64,000 nt of DNA from Selaginella moellendorffii (lineage: Eukaryota > Plantae > Lycopodiophyta). Below are positions 35,462-46,264 of the stretch, piece after piece. Each line of letters begins with the position of its first letter. Position 1 is the first letter of the stretch. Below the pieces are notes generated by a model. That model searched no databases and was not told the origin of the DNA. It saw only the letters and a program-made list of their open reading frames with translations. The position numbers and the translations under genes are program-made. Location of the stretch: contig NW_003314269.1 of the NCBI RefSeq assembly GCF_000143415.4, positions 3,392,211-3,456,210 of the forward strand, given 5' to 3'.

Positions 35462-36394
35462 ATGGCCGATCCGCAATCTCCTCCTTTGACTCTAGAGCAG
35501 CAGTTGGTTCAATTGCTTGATGCTATGCGCTTGCAATTGAACAACCAAACTCAGTTGATGGCGGCGTTCACGGCACGTGGTACAACTCCTCCTACTCTTG
35601 GTGCCAATCCTCGAGTTCGGTCGGAGTTCTTTCGCGGGAATTCTGGGGATGATGTGTACCATTGGTTCGATCACTTTACAATGATTGCCACATATCATTC
35701 TTGGGATGATGCTCGACGGTTGCGTGAGTTTCCCACGTGTCTCCAAGGGACGGCATTGCAGTGGTACAATGGTTTGAGCGCAGTTACTCGTGGGGATTGG
35801 AGTGTTCTCCCGGACGTCTTCAAACGCGCCTTCGGACATGCCGATGATTGTGATGATGCTTTCCAACAATTGCATCGTCTTCGCCAAGGGCCATCGGAGT
35901 CGGTGATGCAATTTGGCGTTCGTTTCCGAAGTCTTTTGCTTCGTGCGGAGCCAAATATGTCGGAGCAGATCAAGCTAGGAATGTTGTGGCCAGCACTTCG
36001 TCAAGATCTTGTCGGACTTGTGCATGCACTTGCTCCTGCCACCCTTGACGATGCTCTTTGCTTGGCACAACGTTATGAGACGTCGCCTCTTCCACTTCTC
36101 GCTGCACATCCTTCCGCTCCACTTCCTATGGGTGATGGTCCTGTTCCAATGGAGGTTGATGTTGCTGCTGCTCGAGTCCAAGGACAAGCGCGAGGACGTG
36201 GTCGTGGCCGTGATGTTCGCTGCTGGGCGTGTGATGAAGTTGGTCATACTTATCGGCATTGCCGTCGTTTTCCGGATTGGCGACCTCCATTTCCTGGGTG
36301 GAGACCTTGGCGTCAGCAACGTCCCCTAGGTGTTGCTGCAGTGGAAGGTCTGGACATCGAGATGCATCAGGGAAACGAGGAGTCGCGTGAGTAA
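35462..36394 (+). CDS. gag: Gag
   Basis: F.G...DV..W...F, LQGTALQWY, LRQGPSESV, PVPMEVD, CWACDEVGHTYRHC zinc knuckle. Confidence 0.92.
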   Translation: MADPQSPPLTLEQQLVQLLDAMRLQLNNQTQLMAAFTARGTTPPTLGANPRVRSEFFRGNSGDDVYHWFDHFTMIATYHSWDDARRLREFPTCLQGTALQWYNGLSAVTRGDWSVLPDVFKRAFGHADDCDDAFQQLHRLRQGPSESVMQFGVRFRSLLLRAEPNMSEQIKLGMLWPALRQDLVGLVHALAPATLDDALCLAQRYETSPLPLLAAHPSAPLPMGDGPVPMEVDVAAARVQGQARGRGRGRDVRCWACDEVGHTYRHCRRFPDWRPPFPGWRPWRQQRPLGVAAVEGLDIEMHQGNEESRE

Positions 36395-36431
36395 CGGAGG
36401 GACCTTGCGCGAATAAATCAGTGACCCCTCC
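36370..36431 (+). promoter_or_regulatory. -1 ribosomal frameshift signal: G GGA AAC plus a downstream H-type pseudoknot
   Basis: Heptamer 36370-36376 in the gag frame; stem 1 36383-36391/36404-36412; stem 2 GGAGGG 36396-36401 / CCCTCC 36426-36431; pol is in the -1 frame. Confidence 0.8.
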
Positions 36432-39400
36432 ATCTTTCTTTCGGGAGTATCATCAAGGGGTTCACTCGGCACCAGTTCATCCAGTGTTTACTTTCCAAGC
36501 TCGTTTTTATAACAAGAAGTCTCCTATTATTCTCTCCGTGTTGGTTGATACAGGTTCGAGTTTATCTTCTATTGCTCGACCTGTTGCCACACGTTGTCGT
36601 CTACACTTGCGTCGTGCGGCAGAACCAGTTTTCATTCTTTATGGCAACGGCCGTACACATGCATGTGCACGGGATGAGGTGGACCTGGTTGTGCGTGTGG
36701 GCGATCTCGAGCTTGAGTTGCAGTCGTTGTGGGTGGTGCCGAGTCAAGCTTTTGACCTCATTCTTAGTATGGATTGGTTGCAGCGCAATCATGCCAAGTG
36801 TGACTTTGAGGCTTCTTCCCCTTGTCTCATACTTCTTTATGTTTCATCTATTCCTCTCACTTCCATACTTCTTCGTCCTTCTACTTTTACCTCTGCTTCC
36901 ATTACTTTTGTTTCCCCACTCTTTCCTTCTGTGTTTCCATCTTGTTCTGCTTTTCCCTTTTCCGATCTCTCCGACGATCTTTGTGTTGCGGCAGTTGACC
37001 GGCTCATGAAAGAGTATTCTGATCTCTTTGAATTTGACCTATCGTCTGGGGCCAAGATTGCCACACGTCATCCAATTCCCACCGGGGATGCTCGTCCAAT
37101 CAAGGTTCCTGTTCGTCGTCGGTCACCTAAGGAGGTCAAAATTTTACGAGCAAACGTCAAGGAAATGCTGGAAAAGGGTGTTATTCGGAAGTCGCGGAGT
37201 CCTTGGGCATGTGAACCTCATCTTGTGACGAAGCCTGATGGGAGTATTTGTTTCTGCATTGACTATCATCCGTTAAACGAAGTAACGATCCTAGATGTGT
37301 ATCCTCTTCCTCACACTGCTGATCTCTTGGATCGTCTGGGGCGAAGTCGTTGGTTCACCAAGCTAGATCTTGCTTCTGGGTATTGGCAAGTACCAATGGC
37401 CGAAGAAGATATTCCTAAGACTGCTTTTCGTACACCATTTGGTTTGTACGAGTTCTTGGTGATGCCGTTTGGTTTGAACAATGCTCCAGCAACTTTCCAG
37501 CGGATGATGGACGAGGTTCTTTGCAATATGCCGGAGGTGACTGCTGACTTCATTGATGATGTCTTGATCCACTTGGAGGGGACGTGGGAGGAGCACGTTC
37601 GTGATGTTTGTAAAGTGTTGGATCGGCTACGTGATGTTGGTTTAAAGCTGAAGCGGTCGAAGTGCGTGTTTGGGTCCAAGGACACAACTTATCTTGGGTA
37701 CCGTATTTCTCGTGAGGGTTTGCAAGTTGATCCTGACAAACTTGTGGCTGTTCTAAAATTCCCTACTCCGAAGTGTGTGAATGATGTGCAACACTTTTTG
37801 GGTAAGGTGCAGTATCTTGGTCGTTTTGTGGATCATCTTTCCGATCGCACTACACCATTGCGAGCGTTGCTGAAGTCATCAACATCATCTTTCATCTGGT
37901 CTCTGGATTGTGAGCGGGCGTTCGTGGATCTCAAAGAGCTATTGACAACTCCTCCGGTTTTGGCATATCCTAACTACACTCGACCTTTTATTTTGCGCGT
38001 GGATGCTTCTGACATTGGTCTTGGAGGTGTGTTGATGCAAGAGAGCTCGAGTGTGCTTGGTCAGCGCCATCCCATTGCATACATAAGCCGTACATTACAA
38101 CCAGCGGAGATGAACTACTCCACGACGGAGAAGGAGTGTTTAGCAGCAGTCTGGGGTTTCGAGAAACTTCATGCATATCTACATGGTTCTTGAACGTTAC
38201 TTGAAGGTGACCATGCTGCTATTACTTCATTATTGAAGCGGAAGAACCTGGTTGGTCGTACGGCTCGATGGGCTTTGAAGCTTCAGATATATGATTTTGA
38301 TGTTGTTCATCACCCAGGGAGTTCTATGGCTGATGCTGATGCCCTTTCTCGAGCTCCTCTTCCTTCTTCACTCACTTCTCATCATTCTGACGAACCTGTT
38401 GTTCCAGCATCTGTGGATTTTCTAGATGAGGATTCTGTGCCGTCGGCGGTTGCTGTCCTTGACGTTCAGTGTCCACAGGGTGCAGAGCAAGATCTGCCTT
38501 CTCTTGAGGAGGTTCGCGAGGCTCAGAAGATTGAGCCGTGGATTCGAAGGCTTCGAGATGGGTTTGAGAATCCTACATCACTTGCTGATGACTTGCCTTT
38601 CCGGCATTTACATTCTCAATATCGCCTTGAAGATGGCCTTCTTTATTTTGTGGGGACGGTTCCTGATGATCATTTACGATTGGTGGTACCTTTGGTGTTT
38701 ATTCCGCGGTTTCTCCATGCCTACCATGATTCTCCTGTTCTAGGTGGGCATATGGGACACCGTCGTGTCACCGAGAAGCTGCGCAGGTCTTTCTATTGGC
38801 CGGAGATGCGACGTGATATTATCCGGTATGTGCGTAGCTGCGTTTGGTGCCAAGCTTGTAATACTCCCCCTTGTGCTGCGGAAGGACGGTTGGAGTCAAT
38901 TGCAGTTTCCCGTCCGTTTGAGTTGGTGGCGTTTGATCTTATCGAACCTTTTCCACGATCGACTGCTGGCAATGAGTATGTTATTATTGCTTCTGACTAC
39001 TTGACTCGTTGGGTGGAAGTTGGTGCTCTTGCTAGTGCCTCTGCAACTGCTATTGGATACTTCCTCCTCAATCGAGTGGTGTTCCAGCATTCTTGTCCAG
39101 AGCGGATTCTTTCGGATAATGGTCCTGCATGTATGGCTGAGGTATTTCATGTTTTGACATCTCGGTTGGGGATACGCCACACTTTTACGAGTGCTTATCA
39201 TCCACAATCAGACGGTCTGGTGGAACGGCTCGTTCGGACATTCAAAGGGATGATTTCGAAGTATGTGAACTTTCAGCATTCGGATTGGGATGGTTATTTG
39301 CCGTCTCTTCAGTATGCCTATGTCACAGGGGGGTAGAGTTCTGTTGGTGCTTCACCATATAAACTTCTATATGGTCATGATCCAATATTACCAACAGAGT

Positions 39401-39858
39401 TGGGTTTACCTTCGCGATTGCCACAAGCTCCTGATGCTAGGTCATGGGATCAGTATTTGACAAGCATTCTTCCACTTGTCCGAGCAGAGTCTGCCGAACA
39501 CTTAGGCCGCGTACAAGTGGGACAACAACGGCACTACAACTCCCATCATCGTCCACCTGCGGAGTACAAAGTGGATGATTTGGTGTTAGTCCATTTTCCC
39601 CATCTTACGGTATGTGGTTTATCTAAGGGGCTCCTTGCGCAGTGGAAAGGACCGTATCAGGTGTTGCGGCAAGTTGGACCGCAAGTTTATGAGGTTCGGC
39701 ATGACGTTCAGCAGGCTGATCCTCCGGAGATTGTGCATGTGCAGCGGTTAAAACGCTTCATACAAAGGGATCAGGAGCAATTAATACCGTCTACAGATCC
39801 GCCGATGCCTCCTCCTAACGTTCCTCCAGATCCCGGCCCATCTACAAGAGAACCCTGA
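36376..39858 (+). pseudogene. pol: Pol (PR-RT-RNaseH-IN) with three in-frame stops
   Basis: LVDTGS, LDLASGYWQ, MPFGL, FIDD, VDAS, HHCC, SDNG, WKGPY; stops TGA 36388-36390, TGA 38191-38193 and TAG 39334-39336. Confidence 0.92.
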
Positions 39859-39890
39859 CGGCCTTCCATTATTCCGAGAGGAGGGGATGA

Positions 39891-40064
39891 TGTGAGGGCC
39901 AAGTGTACGGTTACGATGCCGTATACTAATATTAGCGTAGTGGATTTTGGTAGCCGTCGGATTGGTTTCAATCCAGACCACTCGCTCCTGTATATAAGCT
40001 AGGGTTTTTGGGCTAATTGATATGCACATTTCTGTATTCCCTTTCCATATTCCATGCACTCACA
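39891..40064 (+). repeat. 3' LTR (174 bp), preceded by PPT GAGAGGAGGGGATGA (39876-39890)
   Basis: Direct repeat of 35054-35227. Confidence 0.97.
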
Positions 40065-40256
40065 ATGCTTTAAATTCAAAAAGAACACTTTATAATTAAA
40101 CTTAATATTTTTCTCAAGAGTTCTTAAAACAAAAATTACAAATACTTAGTTGAAAGACAATATGCTCAAAGGCATTGCATTTGAAAGAAAAAGTTAAATA
40201 GGTTAGCATTAAGTAACAATATTCTTATCATGGGTTTAGAGTTCTTAGTTTTGGAG

Positions 40257-40339
40257 TTGTAAACAAGGTGGATTCAAATGCTAAACTTTGAATCCATCTC
40301 TACAAAGTTTAGTATTTGATTCCACCTTCTTGTTTACAA
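40257..40339. repeat. Inverted repeat/hairpin (~35-bp arms, 12-nt loop)
   Basis: TTGTAAACAAGGTGGATTCAAATGCTAAACTTTG ... CAAAGTTTAGTATTTGATTCCACCTTCTTGTTTACAA. Confidence 0.8.
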
Positions 40340-41795
40340 TCTATAACTTAGTAAATAAATCCATCACTATAAAATCTATAACTTAGATTTTATAACACTA
40401 TTAATATAAAATACAAGGAAAGAAGGCAAACTTCATAGAAAATCAATTCCATATTATTGTTTATATATTTTTATATGAAACTACATCATAAATAAGAGAA
40501 GTCTAACTCTAATAAATAGCATTAATATAGTAAAAAACATTTAGTGGATGTTTGTTTTTCAGACACTGAATTTAATATTAATACAATACTTTAAATTAAG
40601 TGTAAATTAGGAGCTATTTTAAGTACGTTATTATCTGATAAACTAGTGTAGAATAGGAAACCACCAAGATGATAATCAATAATTATTGCTGCTAAGAATT
40701 TGAGACTGTTATTTTACTTGAATATAAGTTTGTTATATTAATTTGTTAAATCCTTCTAAAGTAGAAGATAAATATTGGTTAATAAAAATATTGCTACTAA
40801 AAATATTTATTTAATTACTAAACTTTTAACAAGAATATTGTTTCATGCCTAAACTTGAGAGTAAGGGAGCCATTGTTGTTGATTGGAATAATTTTGGAGC
40901 ATTTTGTTTTCTTTTAGTTTCTTTGCTCATTCTCTCCTTTTTGAAGAAAGCTTAAGGTTTTAACTGTTTGGTGGCCTTATTGTTTGATGTGGTTGTTCTT
41001 TCTATGACTCTCAATCCTTTTTGTATATTAACTCCTTAGTAACCTGTTTTTTTATAAAAGTGTTTTGAGTGGCTTCATTTTTCTTCATCTTATTCCTAAG
41101 CACTACAGGTTATTTCAACAAAATATTTTTCATGTTTGTATTTTCCTAGAGCTTGACTTTCACTATTCATCCTCTCATTTATTTCACTGTCTTATCTCTC
41201 TTTTCTATAAACATTTCCTTCACCTTATGTTTAATTTGTCCCAAGAGTTTTTCCCTTTCAGTTTTTCCTCTAATTCCTATTCTTTTTTCATTCCATTTAG
41301 TTTCTCTTCCTAATAGCCAAACTACTTGTCCACCTCTAGTTGCCTATTTCAACAGCCATGATTCTAGATTTTTTATTTTAGAATCTAAGTCTAGACCTTA
41401 AGTCTAGGTAGTCACTTATGATTTTGAAAATCTATTAAGATAGCTTCACATTAAAAGGAATAGAATTTTATTTAGAATAAAATGTATTTTTTTTCCACCT
41501 TATACTACACTATCTCTTTTTTTCATATTACTATTATTACTATTATTGTATACGTCCAATCGGCAAGAGGGCTATGTCTCTCTACACATTCATTTGATTC
41601 GTCTATGATTGGTCTCTTAAGTTTCCTTATGTATTTTCTATGGCATATCTAGTGCTAGTCATTTTTGTTTGAGTTTCCAAGTGTATAATAAAAGCTTGGA
41701 AGGAGATAATACATTTCATCCTCTCCAAGAGCCACTAACATTACAAATGTAAGAATCAGCTTGACATAAGATCAACCGTGTAAACACATAAAGAA

Positions 41796-42156
41796 TAAAT
41801 AAATTGCTACGCGTTGCATGTAGCAACGCTTGGTTTGCTTAATGGTAGTTTTATTATTACTTATTAATCTAATTGATCAAATAAAGTTTATAATCATAAG
41901 CATGTTAGTGATTTATAAACACAAGATTAATCTTATTGCATATCAACCATTAGATAATAGAATAAAAAAGAATATACTAGAAAGGGTTTAGGAAAGCTTA
42001 TAAATTATAAACATGTTTATAAATTATAAATACCAGATTAATCTAAATGAATACCAACCGTTAGATGGTAGAATATCCCAGAATATCCAAGCATATTCTA
42101 GGTATATTTACTACCATCCCAGTCCCCCTATAGGTTTGCTTAAGCAAACCAAAAAT
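41796..42156. repeat. AT-rich ~320-360-bp dispersed repeat, copy 1
   Basis: Colinear with 45166-45479 from TAAATAAATTGCTACG to GCTTAAGCAAACCAAAAAT. Confidence 0.9.
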
Positions 42157-42209
42157 CAAAATAGATTATACCGCATTTTGAGGCTAATGTGGCGCGCAGG
42201 GTTTATGTT

Positions 42210-44666
42210 ATGGCTGCAGCATCAGCGCTGCCACTGCGCGCCTCGGCGTTCAATCCCTCCTCGCCATCCACAGGGCTATGCTCCTCCTCTTTCCAGCTCA
42301 ATGCGGCGCTGGGACATCCATCTTCTTCTCCATCTCCTAGGGTTTCCCAGCAGCAAGAAATCCCGGCGCCAAGGCCCGACAGGGCGCGGTTCGAGAATCC
42401 CAAGTCCCCATGGCGACGTCCCGACAGGGTCTCCAGCATTCCCATGGATTTGCAGCCGATCCTGGAAGCTCTCGATGCCGTGAGGCCGGGAGATGATCTG
42501 GACGATGCTCTGGCCGGGCGAGTCGAGAATCTAGGGCCGGACAAGGCTGGCAGAGTGATGCAGTGCATGGACAAGCCGGAGCTCGTCCTCCTCTTCTTCG
42601 ATTGGGCGCGATCGCGAGTCGGCCACAATGTCTTTAGCTGCAACTGCGCTCTCGACATGCTGTGCCGGCTCAATCGCCGTCAAGAAGCTCTGGCGCTCTT
42701 CCGCAACGCCATGGCCAGGATTTGTATGCCCAACAAGTTCACGTATGGCATCTTGATCCGGGGATTTTCCTCTGCCGGTGATTTGGACATCGCCATCCAG
42801 CTCCTCGAGGAGATGAAAAGCAACGGGTTTGAGGGCAATGCCGTTGTCCACACCACTCTCATGAAGGGACTGTGTGATGCAGGTCGTGTGGTGGAAGCGC
42901 TGGAGCACTTTCGAGCCATGGCCAAGGACTGTGCTCCCGACGTGATGACTTACACCGCGCTCGTCCATGCGCTCTGCAAGGCTGGGAAGTTCGATGAAGC
43001 CCAAGGTATGCTCCGCGAGATGATCGCCAGAGGCTGTGCTCCTGACACGGTGACTTTCAGCACACTGATCGATGGGCTCTGCAAGTTTGGGAGCGAAGAA
43101 CAGGCATTTCGGGTGCTCGAGGATGTTATACAGCGTGGGATGGGTAACAGCGATGCCGCTTTCGAGACCATCATCCAGAGGCTGTGCAACAAGTACAACT
43201 CTGTGGAGCTGGCCTCCAAAGTTTTGGGAGTGGTGATCGCGAAGGGCTTCACGCCGACTGTTCTAATGTTCAATCTCGTCATCAACGGGTTCTGCAAGGC
43301 CAAGGATCTCGACAGCGCGTACAAGCTCCTCGAGGTGATGATCGAGAAAGGCTGCGTGCCAAACGTCTTCACCTTCACGATCTTGATCACTGGACTTTGC
43401 AAGGCGAACAGGGTCGGAGAAGCTCAGCAGCTTCTGGAGAAGATGGTGACGGGGGGCTGCTCGCCAAACGTCGTGACTTACAGCACGGTTATAAACGGGC
43501 TTTGCAAGCAAGGTCAGGTTGACGACGCCTATGAGCTCTTCCAGCTTATGGAAAGAAGGAACTGTCCGCCCAACGTTGTCACGCACAACATTCTTATCGA
43601 TGGGCTTTGCAAGGCCAAGCGGATCGAGGAGGCGCGCCAGCTTTACCACCGGATGAGAGAAACAGGCTGCGCACCGGATATCATCACCTACAACAGCCTG
43701 ATAGATGGTTTGTGCAAGAGCTTCCAAGTCGACGAGGCATTCCAGCTTTTCCAGACGATCCCGGAGAGTGGTGTGTCCGCGGCCAACGCAGTCACTTACA
43801 GCACGCTGTTCCATGGTTACGCTGCGTTGGGCAGGATGGCGGACGCTTGCCGAATTTTTTCCATGCTGGTCGACAAGGGGTTCTCACCCGACTTGGCAAC
43901 GTACACCAGCTTGATTCTCGAGTACTGCAAGACATCGAGAGCGGTGGAAGTCGTAGAGCTCGTGGAAGAAATGGCATCCAAAGGCTTTCCTCCCAGAGTC
44001 AATACGTTAAGCGCTGTTCTTGGGGGGCTCTTTGAAGGAAACCACACGGAGAGAGCCATACAACTCTTCGATTCTATGGCCGCTAGAGGCTGCACCGACG
44101 ATGCTCTCATCTACAACTTAGTTGTCGAAGGCATGGCAAGAGCAAGCAAGCACAACAAGGCACTTGCTGTCCTGGAGCAAGTGATTGACAAGCGGGACCG
44201 TAAGTTTAATCCGAGCTCCTCAGCCGTGGACGCGCTGGTAGAATCACTGTGCCAGGTGGGAAGAACAGACGACGCCAAGCAGCTACTTCACAAAATGTCC
44301 GAGAGAGGCTTTGCAGCGGCAGTCTCGTCGTATAACGGGCTTCTCTCTGGACTGTCGAGGCTCCAAAGGTGGGACGAAGCTACTCAAGTCTTCGAGGCTA
44401 TGGTTTCAGCTGGTCCGGCACCCGAGATCTCCACGGTTAACGTGGTCATCTCGTGGCTATGCAGTGCCGCAAAGGTGGACGACGCGTACGAGCTCGTCCA
44501 GAGAATGTCCAAGCTCGGCTGCTGTCCAGACATCGAGACTTGCAACACTCTCATCGGGGGCTACTGCAAGTCGGGCCGAGCCGACTTGGCTCGAAAGCTT
44601 TTGGAAGAAATGACCGAGGCGGGCCTAGAACCAAACGATACAACACATGATCTCCTGGAGTGTTAA
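42210..44666 (+). CDS. P-class pentatricopeptide repeat protein (intronless)
   Basis: Tandem 35-aa PNVVTY..LIDGLCK repeats, transit-peptide-like N-terminus, no E/DYW domain. Confidence 0.95.
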   Translation: MAAASALPLRASAFNPSSPSTGLCSSSFQLNAALGHPSSSPSPRVSQQQEIPAPRPDRARFENPKSPWRRPDRVSSIPMDLQPILEALDAVRPGDDLDDALAGRVENLGPDKAGRVMQCMDKPELVLLFFDWARSRVGHNVFSCNCALDMLCRLNRRQEALALFRNAMARICMPNKFTYGILIRGFSSAGDLDIAIQLLEEMKSNGFEGNAVVHTTLMKGLCDAGRVVEALEHFRAMAKDCAPDVMTYTALVHALCKAGKFDEAQGMLREMIARGCAPDTVTFSTLIDGLCKFGSEEQAFRVLEDVIQRGMGNSDAAFETIIQRLCNKYNSVELASKVLGVVIAKGFTPTVLMFNLVINGFCKAKDLDSAYKLLEVMIEKGCVPNVFTFTILITGLCKANRVGEAQQLLEKMVTGGCSPNVVTYSTVINGLCKQGQVDDAYELFQLMERRNCPPNVVTHNILIDGLCKAKRIEEARQLYHRMRETGCAPDIITYNSLIDGLCKSFQVDEAFQLFQTIPESGVSAANAVTYSTLFHGYAALGRMADACRIFSMLVDKGFSPDLATYTSLILEYCKTSRAVEVVELVEEMASKGFPPRVNTLSAVLGGLFEGNHTERAIQLFDSMAARGCTDDALIYNLVVEGMARASKHNKALAVLEQVIDKRDRKFNPSSSAVDALVESLCQVGRTDDAKQLLHKMSERGFAAAVSSYNGLLSGLSRLQRWDEATQVFEAMVSAGPAPEISTVNVVISWLCSAAKVDDAYELVQRMSKLGCCPDIETCNTLIGGYCKSGRADLARKLLEEMTEAGLEPNDTTHDLLEC

Positions 44667-44811
44667 TCTTCGTCCCTCAACACACTTGGATTCTCAAAGG
44701 ACCGACAGCTCACAAGGAGCTGCTGAACTTAGTTCTCTTCGATTGGTAACGAGCTCAGGTAAGAACTCAAGAACTTTCTTTGAATGTATGATATTAACAA
44801 GTTTCTATGTG

Positions 44812-45060
44812 ATCAGGCAGTAGCTATGAACCATGACACGGTTATAGACTTCTTCCGGGTTGAGGATCACGCGGGGAAAGTTTGGCGTTGGGGAAGCCTC
44901 GAGTCTCCAGCATATTTGGAGTAGACAGCCCCGCCTTTCCCTTGAATGCTCACTATCTGGTTACCGGAGTAGAACTGGACTCGTGGCTGGTTCGTCCACA
45001 CTTCCATCGTTCTCGTGCTGGCAGGATCTTCCAGGGTGACGGCGTCGTCGTCTCGAATGG
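44812..45060 (-). pseudogene. Aldose 1-epimerase 3' fragment with frameshifting deletions
   Basis: MEVWTNQP.VQFYSGN, GKGGAVYSKYAG, then out-of-frame ETRGFPNA and PNFP.VILNP; the 5' part of the gene is absent. Confidence 0.8.
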
Positions 45061-45165
45061 TTTTATCCAAGGCGAAGGATAGTTAAATGTCATTTCCCTA
45101 AACAGAACCGTTAGATTAAAAAAATCAAAGATTTCGTGTTAAACACCAACAGGAACAAATAATAT

Positions 45166-45479
45166 TAAATAAATTGCTACGTGTAGTAATTTTATTATTA
45201 CTTATTAATTTAATTGATTAAATAAAGTTTATTATTATAAGCATGTTTGTAATTTATAAACACAAGATTGCATATCAAACATTAGATGATAGAATAAAAA
45301 AGAATATACTATAAAGGGTTTAAGAAAGCTTATAGATTATAAACATGTTTATAAATTATAAATACAAAATTAATTTAAATGAATAACAACCGTTAGATGG
45401 TAGAATATTCGAAAATATTTAAATATATTTTAAATATATCCACTACCATCCCAATCGTTTGCTTAAGCAAACCAAAAAT
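45166..45479. repeat. AT-rich dispersed repeat, copy 2
   Basis: Direct repeat of 41796-42156. Confidence 0.9.
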
Positions 45480-46264
45480 TACTGTAAATAACAAGTATAT
45501 ATATATATATATATATGGGATTTTAATATAAAAAAGGAGCCAACACGTCACTAAATATTGACGATCCAACACCGCTTTCTTTTGAGCGGAATATCCTACT
45601 TTAGTCAAAGGGGTTGATATGACTGACGGATGGTCAAAGACGTTGCTCACTGGGGAAGAACAAAACCCCTATTTCCATTTCTACTTCTCTCGCTTCTGGC
45701 GGGCGCTCGTGTTCCTCGCGATTGGATGCGCGCGCTCTCAAATTCGCCTCACATTTCGGTGGCCGGCGTGGATTTCCCTCCTGCGCGACGGCGGTTTCCC
45801 GAGGTTTGTGCTCGATCCTAGAGAGTCGAGTCGAGAGCTGCGAAATTCGTCTCCTGTTCCCCAGAGAACACGATTGTAGGGTTAGCAGTGCCTCCTGTGG
45901 CGGTCTAGGCAGCGAGATTTCCTCTGGCCGAGCGAGAGGCTACATGGTTTCACTGTTGAGTCGTTTTTTTTTCAATTCTTTTTTCCCGGAGCCTCGTCTG
46001 GTCTTTGTTTAAACGCTACACGTCTCCTTATGACATATTCATGGTCTTCAGGGGTCACTGTGGCAGCTTCCTGTGCTAGACGAATCTAAAAAACTGTTTT
46101 CTAGTCTAGTTTTTCTGCTCGGGTCTCCAGCTTTTCCTTTTTGAGCCGTGAGCTTTATCTCCGCAATATCCCTTCGTAACGCTCTTGAAGCGCTTCTTCT
46201 CTGTCCAAACCATCTCTTGTGTCTGAGAGCTCTAGTGTTTTTCTTGCTTTTCTAGCTGTGAGCG

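Larger units (their letters stand above)
35054..40064 (+). mobile_element. Full-length Ty3/Gypsy LTR retrotransposon (no chromodomain), inactivated
   Basis: TG...CA LTRs, ATGC target duplication (35050-35053 / 40065-40068), PBS, PPT, gag then PR-RT-RH-IN order. Confidence 0.97.
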
